Shown here piece by piece: positions 28,667 through 37,403 of a DNA stretch of 64,000 bases. The notes under the pieces were generated by a model that had not been told where the DNA came from, did not search any database, and was given only the letters and a program-made list of their open reading frames with translations. The DNA is from an uncultured Pirellulales bacterium (lineage in GTDB: Bacteria; Planctomycetota; Phycisphaerae; Sedimentisphaerales; SM23-30): assembly GCA_964537505.1 (NCBI GenBank), contig CAZICK010000008.1, forward strand, positions 262-64,261, read 5' to 3'. The position numbers were made by a program, and so were the translations under genes. The first letter of the stretch is position 1; every line of letters begins with the position of its first letter.

Positions 28667-29259
28667 ATGGATTAGCAGGTGGACAAATGCAAGATAAGAA
28701 TTCTATTGATATCGAGCGGATCGAAAAAGCAGTGCGGGACATCCTGGAGGCGATAGGTGAAGATCCGAACCGGGATGGTCTCAAAGGCACGCCAAATCGG
28801 GTAGCGCGGATGTATATGGAACTTTTTTCGGGGCTGAAAAATGACCCTCGTAAACACGTACAAAACGTTTTTACAGAGAACTACGATGAAATCGTGCTGC
28901 TCAAAGACATACCGTTTTATAGTATGTGTGAGCATCATCTGCTTCCATTTATGGGCAAGGCGCATGTGGGATATATGCCGCGGGGTAAGGTGATCGGGGT
29001 GAGTAAGCTGGCGAGGATTGTGACTGATTTTGCCCGGCGTCCGCAGATGCAGGAGCGTATGACGACCGACATCGCGGAATTCTTGATGAATGAGATGAAC
29101 GCTCAGGGGGTGGCGGTGGTGCTGGAGGCGGCGCATACCTGTATGTCAATCCGAGGCGTCAAAAAACCCGGTAGCGTAATGGTAACCTCGGCGATGCTGG
29201 GCCGATTCCGTACCGATGCCCGCAGCCGGGCTGAGGTGATGAGCCTGATTAAAAGTTAG
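28663..29259 (+). CDS. folE: GTP cyclohydrolase I
   Basis: The motif [21 protein letters not shown] is present. The start overlaps the pepA stop in an ATGA. Confidence 0.9.
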   Translation: MNGLAGGQMQDKNSIDIERIEKAVRDILEAIGEDPNRDGLKGTPNRVARMYMELFSGLKNDPRKHVQNVFTENYDEIVLLKDIPFYSMCEHHLLPFMGKAHVGYMPRGKVIGVSKLARIVTDFARRPQMQERMTTDIAEFLMNEMNAQGVAVVLEAAHTCMSIRGVKKPGSVMVTSAMLGRFRTDARSRAEVMSLIKS

Positions 29260-29328
29260 CAGACCGCAAATGTACCTTATGAACTGAAGGCTGTCCTTGT
29301 GCAAATAAGATTTCAGAGGTGTTAAGCC

Positions 29329-29694
29329 ATGGAAAAGATTTTTACCGGTGAGGATTCGATGGAGGCTCATTTTGTACGTAATCTTCTGGAAGCTCAGGGC
29401 ATTCGGGCGCAGGTGCTGGGAGAGATCTTGGGGGCGGCGCGCGGCGAATTGCCGTTGACCGAGGAGACACGGCCTGGGGTGTGGGTTAATTCCGAGGACG
29501 TCGAACGGGCGATGGTGGTTGTGGATGAGTTTGCCAGGCGAGATCGCGATGACGAAAAGCCTGACGATTTGTCTGAGAGCGAAACATGGACGTGTTCCGG
29601 TTGCGGAGAGGTTGTCGAGGAGCAGTTTTCGGCGTGCTGGAAATGTCAAAAGCCACGAAATGAGCAGGGCGAGAGCGAGACAACGGGTGATTAA
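29329..29694 (+). CDS. DUF2007-like (PII-fold) domain protein with a C-terminal zinc ribbon
   Basis: The N-terminus EAHFVRNLLEAQGIRAQV is DUF2007-like. The C-terminus reads WTCSGCGEVVEEQFSACWKC (a CxxC...CxxC pattern). Confidence 0.55.
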   Translation: MEKIFTGEDSMEAHFVRNLLEAQGIRAQVLGEILGAARGELPLTEETRPGVWVNSEDVERAMVVVDEFARRDRDDEKPDDLSESETWTCSGCGEVVEEQFSACWKCQKPRNEQGESETTGD

Positions 29695-29724
29695 CCAGGT
29701 TCGATGCCTGCAGGGAGATGAGCT

Positions 29725-30450
29725 ATGACCAGGGCCGGATCAATTGCGTATCGTTTGCGTTGGGTGATTTTGGTTGTCGGATCGCTTTGTTTTGCAGCGG
29801 GGGTTGGGTGGATTTTTATGATACCGCCGCTTGATAGAGAAGCTGGTTTGGTCGGTACGCCTATGTGGCTGTTCGGTGATTTTGACAACAGTGATCTTAA
29901 CCGAGGGTTGATTGTTGCAAATGCTGCTTTGTACCTGGGCGTGTTTTTGCTTACCCAGTGGATGTTTCTGCGTCCCGGGCGAGGCTGGCAGATCAAGCTG
30001 ACGCCCTCCGGTCGGCCGATGCGGTCTGCAGTGGTAGCAGCGGGGTTTGCAGCTATGCTGCTGACGGTCGGTATGGTCTTGGCACTGCTTGAAATAGCCC
30101 AAGAGAGTGCTTTTATGGACAAAATCGGGTTTATTGGTTGTTGGATTGGGATGGCTGTTGTATGGGGGGGATGGATAGTTGCTTTTGCTGTCTATTGGAG
30201 GCAGGCAGATCGCTATACGCAGTTGGGCAAGGTTGTTCGGGGGCTGGTGGCGGGCAGTTTTCTGGAGCTTTTTGTGGCGACGGGGGTTTACGCCTGGAAT
30301 CCGCACAACAAAGATTGTTACTGTGCACGCGGGTCATATACAGGTTTGATATTTGGCGGTACGGTTTTGTTGTGGGCCTTCGGGCCGGGGGTGGTGCTGC
30401 TGTTTATGCGCGAGAAGCACCGTCAGCAGAAACTGCTGGCTCAGGAATGA
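29725..30450 (+). CDS. Integral membrane protein, unknown function
   Basis: The 241-aa product has about 6 hydrophobic spans. It lies 30 nt downstream of the preceding gene on the same strand. Confidence 0.5.
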   Translation: MTRAGSIAYRLRWVILVVGSLCFAAGVGWIFMIPPLDREAGLVGTPMWLFGDFDNSDLNRGLIVANAALYLGVFLLTQWMFLRPGRGWQIKLTPSGRPMRSAVVAAGFAAMLLTVGMVLALLEIAQESAFMDKIGFIGCWIGMAVVWGGWIVAFAVYWRQADRYTQLGKVVRGLVAGSFLELFVATGVYAWNPHNKDCYCARGSYTGLIFGGTVLLWAFGPGVVLLFMREKHRQQKLLAQE

Positions 30451-30486
30451 TGATCGCTCTTAGTAGCCGGGATTATCGTGTTATTT

Positions 30487-31866
30487 CTAAAGTTGCCGGA
30501 ATCGTTGGCAAATGCTGTCGAGTTTGTCCAGTCTCAGCCAGAGTTCCAGGAAGAGATTTTCGGCTGCGGTTTTGTAGTCAAGGGAACTCGGCTGATTGGC
30601 ATATTGGAAATTGCCCGCCTGACTGAGGAACGTGTCAACTATGCGGGCAGGGAAATTCATCGTTTCCAGCGAGTCATGGTTCAACATTCCGTTGCGGGTC
30701 GGCAGTCCTGCACCTATTTGTGCCAGCGTTTGCTGGGTGCTGGTGCTCAGCAGTGTTCTGAGCAGGTCTTCTATGGGTTGGAGGTTTTCGGGAACCGCCA
30801 TAACCAGCGCGACCAGGCCGGAAGTGATACTGCCACCGATGGTTTCGCCAGGTAAAACGGTTACGGCCAAGTCGTCGCCTAGAGTTTGATGGTAATGGCC
30901 AAACATGTCAAAGCCGTCCACGGCCATAGCACAGCGGCGCTGGGCAAAAAGGTTGATCTGGTCGGCTTTAGTCCGTACGGGTGATACGGGTGATATTTTA
31001 TTGACGTACAACAGATTATGTATGAAACGAAGGGTATCTTCGAAAACCGGGCTGGCAACGGCGATCCTGCCGTCGTTTTGGTAAAGTTCGCATCCGCGAT
31101 GTGACATCAGGTCCGCCATGTGGCTGAAGGTCGGCCGAAATTGGAAGCCGTATATTCCTTCACCGGCAAAGCGTTGCGCGAACTGCATAAGTTGGTCCCA
31201 TTGCCATGCACCATAGGGCATTCTCATTTTGTGGTCACGGAACACAGCTTTATTGTAGTAGAGCAGCATGGGAGAAGCACTCAACGGAATGGCGATGTAC
31301 TGACCATTTTCGGCGAAACTTTTCAGCAAAGTCTCCTTTAGTTCCGCTTCTGCCGGCACGTTTTTGGACAGTGGGTAAAACAGGTCCGGTTGGTTGCGCA
31401 GGCAACGGACATACTCCTGTTCGCAAATAAGGATATCCGCACCGCAGACCGGTTGTGTCAGGATTTGTCCGATGACGCCACTCTGCTGGAGATCGAGCAG
31501 TTGGAGTTGGCAGCGTGGCGGCAGAATCTGCATTTCGCTCAGGCGACGGAATATATTGACAATCCGACCGCTGCTACAGGCAATGCGCAGATGGGGCGTA
31601 ATGTCTCTTCTGATAGCTATCACAGCACTGCGCCGGTCGCGGCGGGTAATCAGGCCGGACTGTTCCAAATGCTGCAATGCGGTTCGGACCGTAGCACGTG
31701 ACGCGCCAAACTGATGAGCGATATATCGCTCGGAGGGTAGTTTTTGCCCCGGTTTCAGTTGTCCGTTGGTAACCTGCCCGGTGAGGCTCTCGGCGATGCG
31801 GCGATGTAGTGCCGTGGGTGCGGCGTTTGTCAAGATTCGCTGATTTTCATTGGTTTTTCCGTTCAT
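30487..31866 (-). CDS. One-component regulator: GntR-type HTH fused to an ABC solute-binding-protein-like domain
   Basis: The N-terminus KLPSERYIAHQFGASRATVRTALQHLEQSGLI is GntR-type. The remaining ~370 aa resemble family-1 sugar-binding proteins (IAIPLSASPMLLYYNKAVF). No signal peptide is present. Confidence 0.65.
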   Translation of the reverse strand: MNGKTNENQRILTNAAPTALHRRIAESLTGQVTNGQLKPGQKLPSERYIAHQFGASRATVRTALQHLEQSGLITRRDRRSAVIAIRRDITPHLRIACSSGRIVNIFRRLSEMQILPPRCQLQLLDLQQSGVIGQILTQPVCGADILICEQEYVRCLRNQPDLFYPLSKNVPAEAELKETLLKSFAENGQYIAIPLSASPMLLYYNKAVFRDHKMRMPYGAWQWDQLMQFAQRFAGEGIYGFQFRPTFSHMADLMSHRGCELYQNDGRIAVASPVFEDTLRFIHNLLYVNKISPVSPVRTKADQINLFAQRRCAMAVDGFDMFGHYHQTLGDDLAVTVLPGETIGGSITSGLVALVMAVPENLQPIEDLLRTLLSTSTQQTLAQIGAGLPTRNGMLNHDSLETMNFPARIVDTFLSQAGNFQYANQPSSLDYKTAAENLFLELWLRLDKLDSICQRFRQL

Positions 31867-32389
31867 GACAATCTCCTGTATGGTGCTAAAAGTCAGAATA
31901 TGCTTACAACTAGACGTTCAATCCGGCGTTCGTAACAATCACACTTTTTCCTAAGACCACCATATTATAATACTGAACGCACAAACTGACAAAGCATTTT
32001 AACACCGGCAAACGTAATAATCAATAGAAACGAAATAAAAAATATCGAAATATAACGTCAAAATGAAATATGGCGATTAATTTCCTATTTTTTCGATTCC
32101 TTCGTAGGCCTTTGCCGTCGAGGGGGTGTTTTACGCAATTTGTGTTTGGTTTGACTGGCAGGGTTTGCTCGACATAAGTGCTTGTGCCGAATATAGTTAA
32201 GAGGGGATTTCAGGTTGCCGCTTAGGCTTTGGACCTGATTTGGGCTATACTTCTGGTTGCGGGGGGCCATATCACGTTTATTCTTGCTCTTTGAGCTTTT
32301 CTACGCTAGGATGTATCTTGTGCGTATTTTGGGCCTTGACCAGAGAAATAACACGGGGATCCGGCCCTTTCGTTCAGTACGGGTACAAA

Positions 32390-33841
32390 ATGGACCCTAG
32401 ATCAACCAATTATATTGTTTTGCGGGTATGGGCTGTTATCTTGGCGGTCTTTCTGCTGGCGGGCTGCTCCAGTGAATCCGACCAGTCCCCAACCCCCGAA
32501 CACATCCCTCAGGCCAAGCAGACCCCACCTATTATTCTCATTACCGTCGATGCCCTAAGGGCCGACCACCTAAGATGCTACGGCTACTCCAAAAACACCT
32601 CTCCAAATATCGATCAATTTGCTCAGGACTCACTTCTGTTTGAGAATTGTTTTGCCCATGCCCCGGAAACTCGCCCCAGTTTTGCTTCTATGCTGAGCGG
32701 ATTCCTGCCACACGAAACCAAAATCACCGAAAGCGTTCAGTTACCACCGGCCGTAGAAACGCTCGCCGAAATGCTCCAAAAGCAGGGATACAAAACCACT
32801 GCCGTAATCGGCAATTATCTTTTGAGAAAAGGAGAAGGTTTTGAACAGGGCTTTATGATATACGACGACACCATGGACCAGCGAGAACTCATCCGAAATT
32901 GGCCGGAACGAATCGCCCAACACACCACCGACCGGGCTATTGAGTTGATCGAACAGTTTCACAAGGATCGACTGTTTATGTGGATCCACTATCAGGATCC
33001 GCATGGACCTTACACTCCACCGAAACCCTTTGCCGACCAGTTCCAAAATCCCGACCAGAAACCGCGAAATCTCAAAGTAAACTCTTCATCAAAGGGCAGC
33101 AGCTTGTTAGCCTTTGGCGGTCGCGGCGGTATCCCCAGCTACCAGCAATTGGGCGACCACAGAGACTTTTACTACTATCTTTCCCAATATGACGCCGAGA
33201 TACGCTATCAGGACGAACACTTCAAACGCCTCACTGACGCATTAAAAAAGTTTGGCTTGTATGACAGCGCCCTGATCATATTCTCATCCGATCACGGTGA
33301 GGGCATGGGCGAACACAATTACTTCTTCGCTCATGGTGAATACCTCTACCGCAATCAGGTCCACGTGCCGCTTATCATAAAATACGGCAGCGAACTGACC
33401 GGCCGAAGAACGGATTTTGTCCAGCATCTCGACATTCTACCCACCATCTTCAACGTCCTGGGCCTCAATTTTGACCCGCGATTTCGCGGTCGAGACCTCC
33501 GCCGAGACACCGGAACAAAAAGGGAAATCTTTGCTGAAATGAAGTCGCTCATGATCAGGGACAAAATCCTGTTCCCACGGTTTTCCATAGTGCTCGATGG
33601 TCTCAAGTTGATCTATACCCCTTTGGACAAGAAATTCGAATTATTTGACATCACGACCGACCCTGACGAAATACATAACTTGCTTAACGACACCAAATAC
33701 TGGGCACAGGCCAATGACTTGAGAACCAGACTGATCCGTATTCACAATGAAGACCTCCTCGGTCTCGACTCGGTGGCCGGGCCGCGGGGGCGTACTCCAG
33801 AAGAGATCAAGGCGATCGAATCTCTTGGCTACACCAGATAA
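32390..33841 (+). CDS. Sulfatase-family (alkaline-phosphatase superfamily) lipoprotein with Thr in place of the formylglycine Cys/Ser
   Basis: The lipobox is LLAGC. The metal site reads ITVDALRADHL. The motif position reads APETRPSFASMLSG instead of C/S-x-P-x-R. I trimmed the start to 32390. Confidence 0.7.
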   Translation: MDPRSTNYIVLRVWAVILAVFLLAGCSSESDQSPTPEHIPQAKQTPPIILITVDALRADHLRCYGYSKNTSPNIDQFAQDSLLFENCFAHAPETRPSFASMLSGFLPHETKITESVQLPPAVETLAEMLQKQGYKTTAVIGNYLLRKGEGFEQGFMIYDDTMDQRELIRNWPERIAQHTTDRAIELIEQFHKDRLFMWIHYQDPHGPYTPPKPFADQFQNPDQKPRNLKVNSSSKGSSLLAFGGRGGIPSYQQLGDHRDFYYYLSQYDAEIRYQDEHFKRLTDALKKFGLYDSALIIFSSDHGEGMGEHNYFFAHGEYLYRNQVHVPLIIKYGSELTGRRTDFVQHLDILPTIFNVLGLNFDPRFRGRDLRRDTGTKREIFAEMKSLMIRDKILFPRFSIVLDGLKLIYTPLDKKFELFDITTDPDEIHNLLNDTKYWAQANDLRTRLIRIHNEDLLGLDSVAGPRGRTPEEIKAIESLGYTR

Positions 33842-34130
33842 CGCACAACGCCACATTCCCACGGATAAATCCCACAAAAAAAACAGGCTGCCCCGGCCAA
33901 ATTGCTCGCGAACTCCACCACATACCCCCAAAAAAAAGGCATTATCAGATCGATGGCGACACACGACGTCATCTGTCAGACAATGCCCAAAAAAGAAGCT
34001 GTTAGCACCGGGTTTATCGGCACTCTGACAGACCATCTTTAACCCCAAAATACAAAAAGGGATGAGATCAGGGGAATCCCCCCGAAACGCTGGTGGATTG
34101 TTGTTGTTTTAGGGCCGCCCAAAAAATGGC

Positions 34131-34158
34131 TTGCGTGGCCTGCTAATCCCCTTATAAT
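34131..34158 (+). promoter_or_regulatory. Sigma70-type promoter for the nfnAB-like operon
   Basis: The sequence reads TTGCGT-N16-TATAAT, leaving a leader of about 115 nt. Confidence 0.4.
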
Positions 34159-34278
34159 GCACGTATTACAGCATGCATGTTCTTTGCTAAGATGTAAGAA
34201 GGCGGAAGAAAAACGCAGTTTAACTAATACTACATCGAGATTTCATAATTAACCACGTTATGCTGGGGTGAATCGCTA

Positions 34279-35127
34279 ATGTATAAAATTATCGACAAAC
34301 AAACGCTGGGGCCTAATTTGACCCTGTATGAAATTGAAGCTCCCCGCATTGCCAAAACACGAAAATGTGGGCAATTTGCCATAGTACGGTCTTTCAAGCA
34401 TTCTGAACGAATTCCACTTACGGTGGCTGATGTAAATTATGAGAAAGGGACCATTACTTTGATTGTCCAAACCGTGGGCAAGAGCACTTTAGAGATGACG
34501 CAATTGCAAAAAGGCGACTCCTTTCAGGATGTGGCAGGACCGCTGGGCAAACCGAGTCATATTGAAAAATACGGGACCGTAGTTGTTATCGGTGGTGGCT
34601 TAGGAACAGCGGTGGTCTATCCCCAGGTGATCGCATTGCGAGAATTTGGCAATCGAATCATCAGCATTATCGGTGCCCGGACCAAAGAATTGCTCATCTT
34701 GCAGGATATGCTTGAAGCGGTGAGTGATCGGTTGATCCTAACCACGGATGACGGTTCCATAGGCAAAAAGGGATTGGTAACCGATGCTCTGAAGGAACTT
34801 ATCGATGATCCTGACACCAGTGTAGATGCGATCTATTGTGCCGGGCCGGTTATAATGATGAAAGCGGTCTCAAACCTGACCAAGCCTTTTAATATCCCTA
34901 CTATCGTAAGCCTCAATCCCATAATGGTTGATGGTACCGGCATGTGTGGAGGCTGTCGGGTCACAATCAACGGCCAGAGAAAATTCGCCTGTGTTGACGG
35001 ACCGGAGTTTGACGGACATCAGGTTGACTACGATGAACTAATGGACCGGTTGACTACATATAAAAATTATGAAGAAAAGACGCTGAACCAATATAAAGGT
35101 GAGCACAAATGTAAATGCGATTCTTAG
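34279..35127 (+). CDS. nfnA: Ferredoxin-NADP reductase-like FAD/2Fe-2S subunit (NfnA / sulfide dehydrogenase gamma-like)
   Basis: The product has an FNR-like fold and a C-terminal cluster motif GMCGGCRV...ACVDGPEF. It is adjacent to the gltD-like subunit. Confidence 0.75.
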   Translation: MYKIIDKQTLGPNLTLYEIEAPRIAKTRKCGQFAIVRSFKHSERIPLTVADVNYEKGTITLIVQTVGKSTLEMTQLQKGDSFQDVAGPLGKPSHIEKYGTVVVIGGGLGTAVVYPQVIALREFGNRIISIIGARTKELLILQDMLEAVSDRLILTTDDGSIGKKGLVTDALKELIDDPDTSVDAIYCAGPVIMMKAVSNLTKPFNIPTIVSLNPIMVDGTGMCGGCRVTINGQRKFACVDGPEFDGHQVDYDELMDRLTTYKNYEEKTLNQYKGEHKCKCDS

Positions 35128-35159
35128 TAATAGTGACATAAGGACAAAGGATAATTTGC

Positions 35160-36608
35160 ATGGCCGATAATAAAAGCTCACACTCAAACGAACAACAAGG
35201 CAAAACTTTAACGGCAAAACAGCGAATGGCAATTTTACGACAGCAGATGCCACAACGCAGTGGTAGTGAACGGATCAAGGATTTCATGGAAGTCAATCTG
35301 GGATTGACCGAACAGATTGCTATTTTGGAAGCACAGCGATGCCTGCAATGCAAAAAACCAAAGTGTATGGAAGGCTGTCCGGTAGAAGTCGATATACCCG
35401 GGTTTATCAAGTTGATAACTCAAGGGGATTTCCTTGGAGCAGCCGCTTTGGTTCGACGAGATAACAACCTTCCGGCGGTTACCGGCAGGGTTTGCCCACA
35501 GGAAACACAATGCGAAATCAAGTGTGTTCGTTGCAGGAGCGATGCTCCAGTGGCAATTGGCTGGCTCGAACGTTTTGTCGCAGACTATGAAATGAAGCAT
35601 CGCAACAGTCAGCCGAGCCTACTTGTAGAGAAAACGGGCAGGAAAGCGGCTGTGGTGGGGTCCGGACCGGCAGGTATTACCTGTGCTGGTGAATTGGCCA
35701 AGATGGGGCATGATGTAACTATTTTTGAGGCCTTTCACAAACCCGGCGGCGTACTGGTATATGGCATTCCAGAGTTCCGTATGCCCAATCATATCGTCGA
35801 AGATGAAATTGAAATTCTAAAGGCGCTGGGTGTCAAAATCGAAACCAACGTCATCATCGGGAGTACACTGACCATTGATCAATTAATGAACGAAGAAGGT
35901 TACGAGGTTGTTTTTATTGCTAATGGTGCGGGACTACCGAGTTTTATGAACATCCCGGGCGAAAATCTTAAAGGAGTTTATTCGGCCAACGAATATCTCA
36001 CTCGCTCCAATTTAATGGAAGCGTATATCACCCAATCGGATACGCCTGTTATACGAGGTAAACGAGTTTGTGTTATCGGTGGTGGTAATGTAGCGATGGA
36101 TGCGGTCAGAACCAGCAAACGCATGGGGGCCGAGGAAAGCATTATCGTGTATCGTCGTGCACGTGAACAGATGCCGGCCCGGGCTGAAGAGGTGCTGCAT
36201 GCGGAAGAGGAAGACATCAAATTCGAGTTCCTTACCGCACCCATTGAAATGTCGGGTAACGAAAACGGATGGGTCAAAAGTCTCAAGTGTATAAGAATGC
36301 AACTTGGTGAGCCAGACGAGTCGGGACGACAGCGGCCGATACCCATCAAAAATTCGGAATTTTTCATAGATTGTGATCTGGTAATTATGGCTATCGGTGT
36401 AAACGCCAACCCTCTTCTCACCCGGAATACGCCGGGGCTGAAGTTGAATAAAAGGGGCTATATCGAAACAGATGATAATCTTATGACCAGTATTCACGGT
36501 GTGTTTGCCGGTGGTGATATAACTCGCGGATCAGCAACCGTTATCTTAGCGATGGGTGACGGTAAAAAAGCGGCTCGAAATATGGATAAGTATTTAGCGG
36601 AAAAATGA
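35160..36608 (+). CDS. nfnB: NADPH-dependent glutamate-synthase small-subunit-like oxidoreductase (NfnB-like)
   Basis: The Fe-S motif CLQCKKPKCMEGCPV is present. The dinucleotide folds VVGSGPAGITCA and VIGGGNVAMD are present. Confidence 0.8.
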   Translation: MADNKSSHSNEQQGKTLTAKQRMAILRQQMPQRSGSERIKDFMEVNLGLTEQIAILEAQRCLQCKKPKCMEGCPVEVDIPGFIKLITQGDFLGAAALVRRDNNLPAVTGRVCPQETQCEIKCVRCRSDAPVAIGWLERFVADYEMKHRNSQPSLLVEKTGRKAAVVGSGPAGITCAGELAKMGHDVTIFEAFHKPGGVLVYGIPEFRMPNHIVEDEIEILKALGVKIETNVIIGSTLTIDQLMNEEGYEVVFIANGAGLPSFMNIPGENLKGVYSANEYLTRSNLMEAYITQSDTPVIRGKRVCVIGGGNVAMDAVRTSKRMGAEESIIVYRRAREQMPARAEEVLHAEEEDIKFEFLTAPIEMSGNENGWVKSLKCIRMQLGEPDESGRQRPIPIKNSEFFIDCDLVIMAIGVNANPLLTRNTPGLKLNKRGYIETDDNLMTSIHGVFAGGDITRGSATVILAMGDGKKAARNMDKYLAEK

Positions 36609-36621
36609 TTGGTCTCTAAAA

Positions 36622-37335
36622 ATGCCCGACATAACCAGACTTTCGGTTGTTATGCCTGTCTTCAATGAAAAAGACACCCTCGCACAGTGCGTGCGCCGAG
36701 TACTGGCGGTGCAATTGCCGCTGGCCAAGGAACTGATCCTGATCGACGATGCCAGCGACGACGGCAGCGATAAGGTAATCGAGGATATTTGCCGCCAGCA
36801 CGTTTCGATGCCAATCAAGGTACTCACCCATAAACGCAACCAGGGCAAAGGAGCGTCTCTGCGAGACGGGTTCGCGGTTGTTACCGGCGATATAATAATC
36901 GTTCAGGACGCGGATTTGGAATACAATCCTGACGATTATCCGGCATTATTGAAACCTATTCTGGACGGCCGGGCGGACGTCGTATATGGCTCCAGGTTCG
37001 TCGGCAGTCAAGAAAAACGAGTACTGTATTTCTGGCACTACATAGGAAACAAGGTAGTAACTACCATGAGCAATATATTTACCAACCTGAACCTGACCGA
37101 CATGGAAACGTGCTATAAATTATTTCGACGGGAGGTAATCGAGCGAATACAGATCAAGAGCGAGCGGTTCGGCGTCGAGCCGGAGATAACCGCCAAGATA
37201 GCCAAGGCACACTGGCGAATCTACGAGGTGGGTATATCATATAGTGGACGCACTTATGAGGAAGGTAAAAAAATCACATGGAAAGATGGTCTCAAGGCAC
37301 TGCTGACCATTATCCGTTTTCGCTTTTTTGATTGA
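36622..37335 (+). CDS. GT2 glycosyltransferase, polyprenyl/dolichyl-phosphate sugar synthase-like
   Basis: The N-terminus reads LSVVMPVFNE. The motifs IDDASDDGS and QDADLEY are present. It is a short, soluble DPM1/Ppm1-like form of 237 aa. Confidence 0.75.
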   Translation: MPDITRLSVVMPVFNEKDTLAQCVRRVLAVQLPLAKELILIDDASDDGSDKVIEDICRQHVSMPIKVLTHKRNQGKGASLRDGFAVVTGDIIIVQDADLEYNPDDYPALLKPILDGRADVVYGSRFVGSQEKRVLYFWHYIGNKVVTTMSNIFTNLNLTDMETCYKLFRREVIERIQIKSERFGVEPEITAKIAKAHWRIYEVGISYSGRTYEEGKKITWKDGLKALLTIIRFRFFD

Positions 37336-37403
37336 GTGCTTCTAAAACACAATAACCAGGGTTATACAAAAAAATAGTCTATAAGTATGCAGGAGACATG
37401 TTG

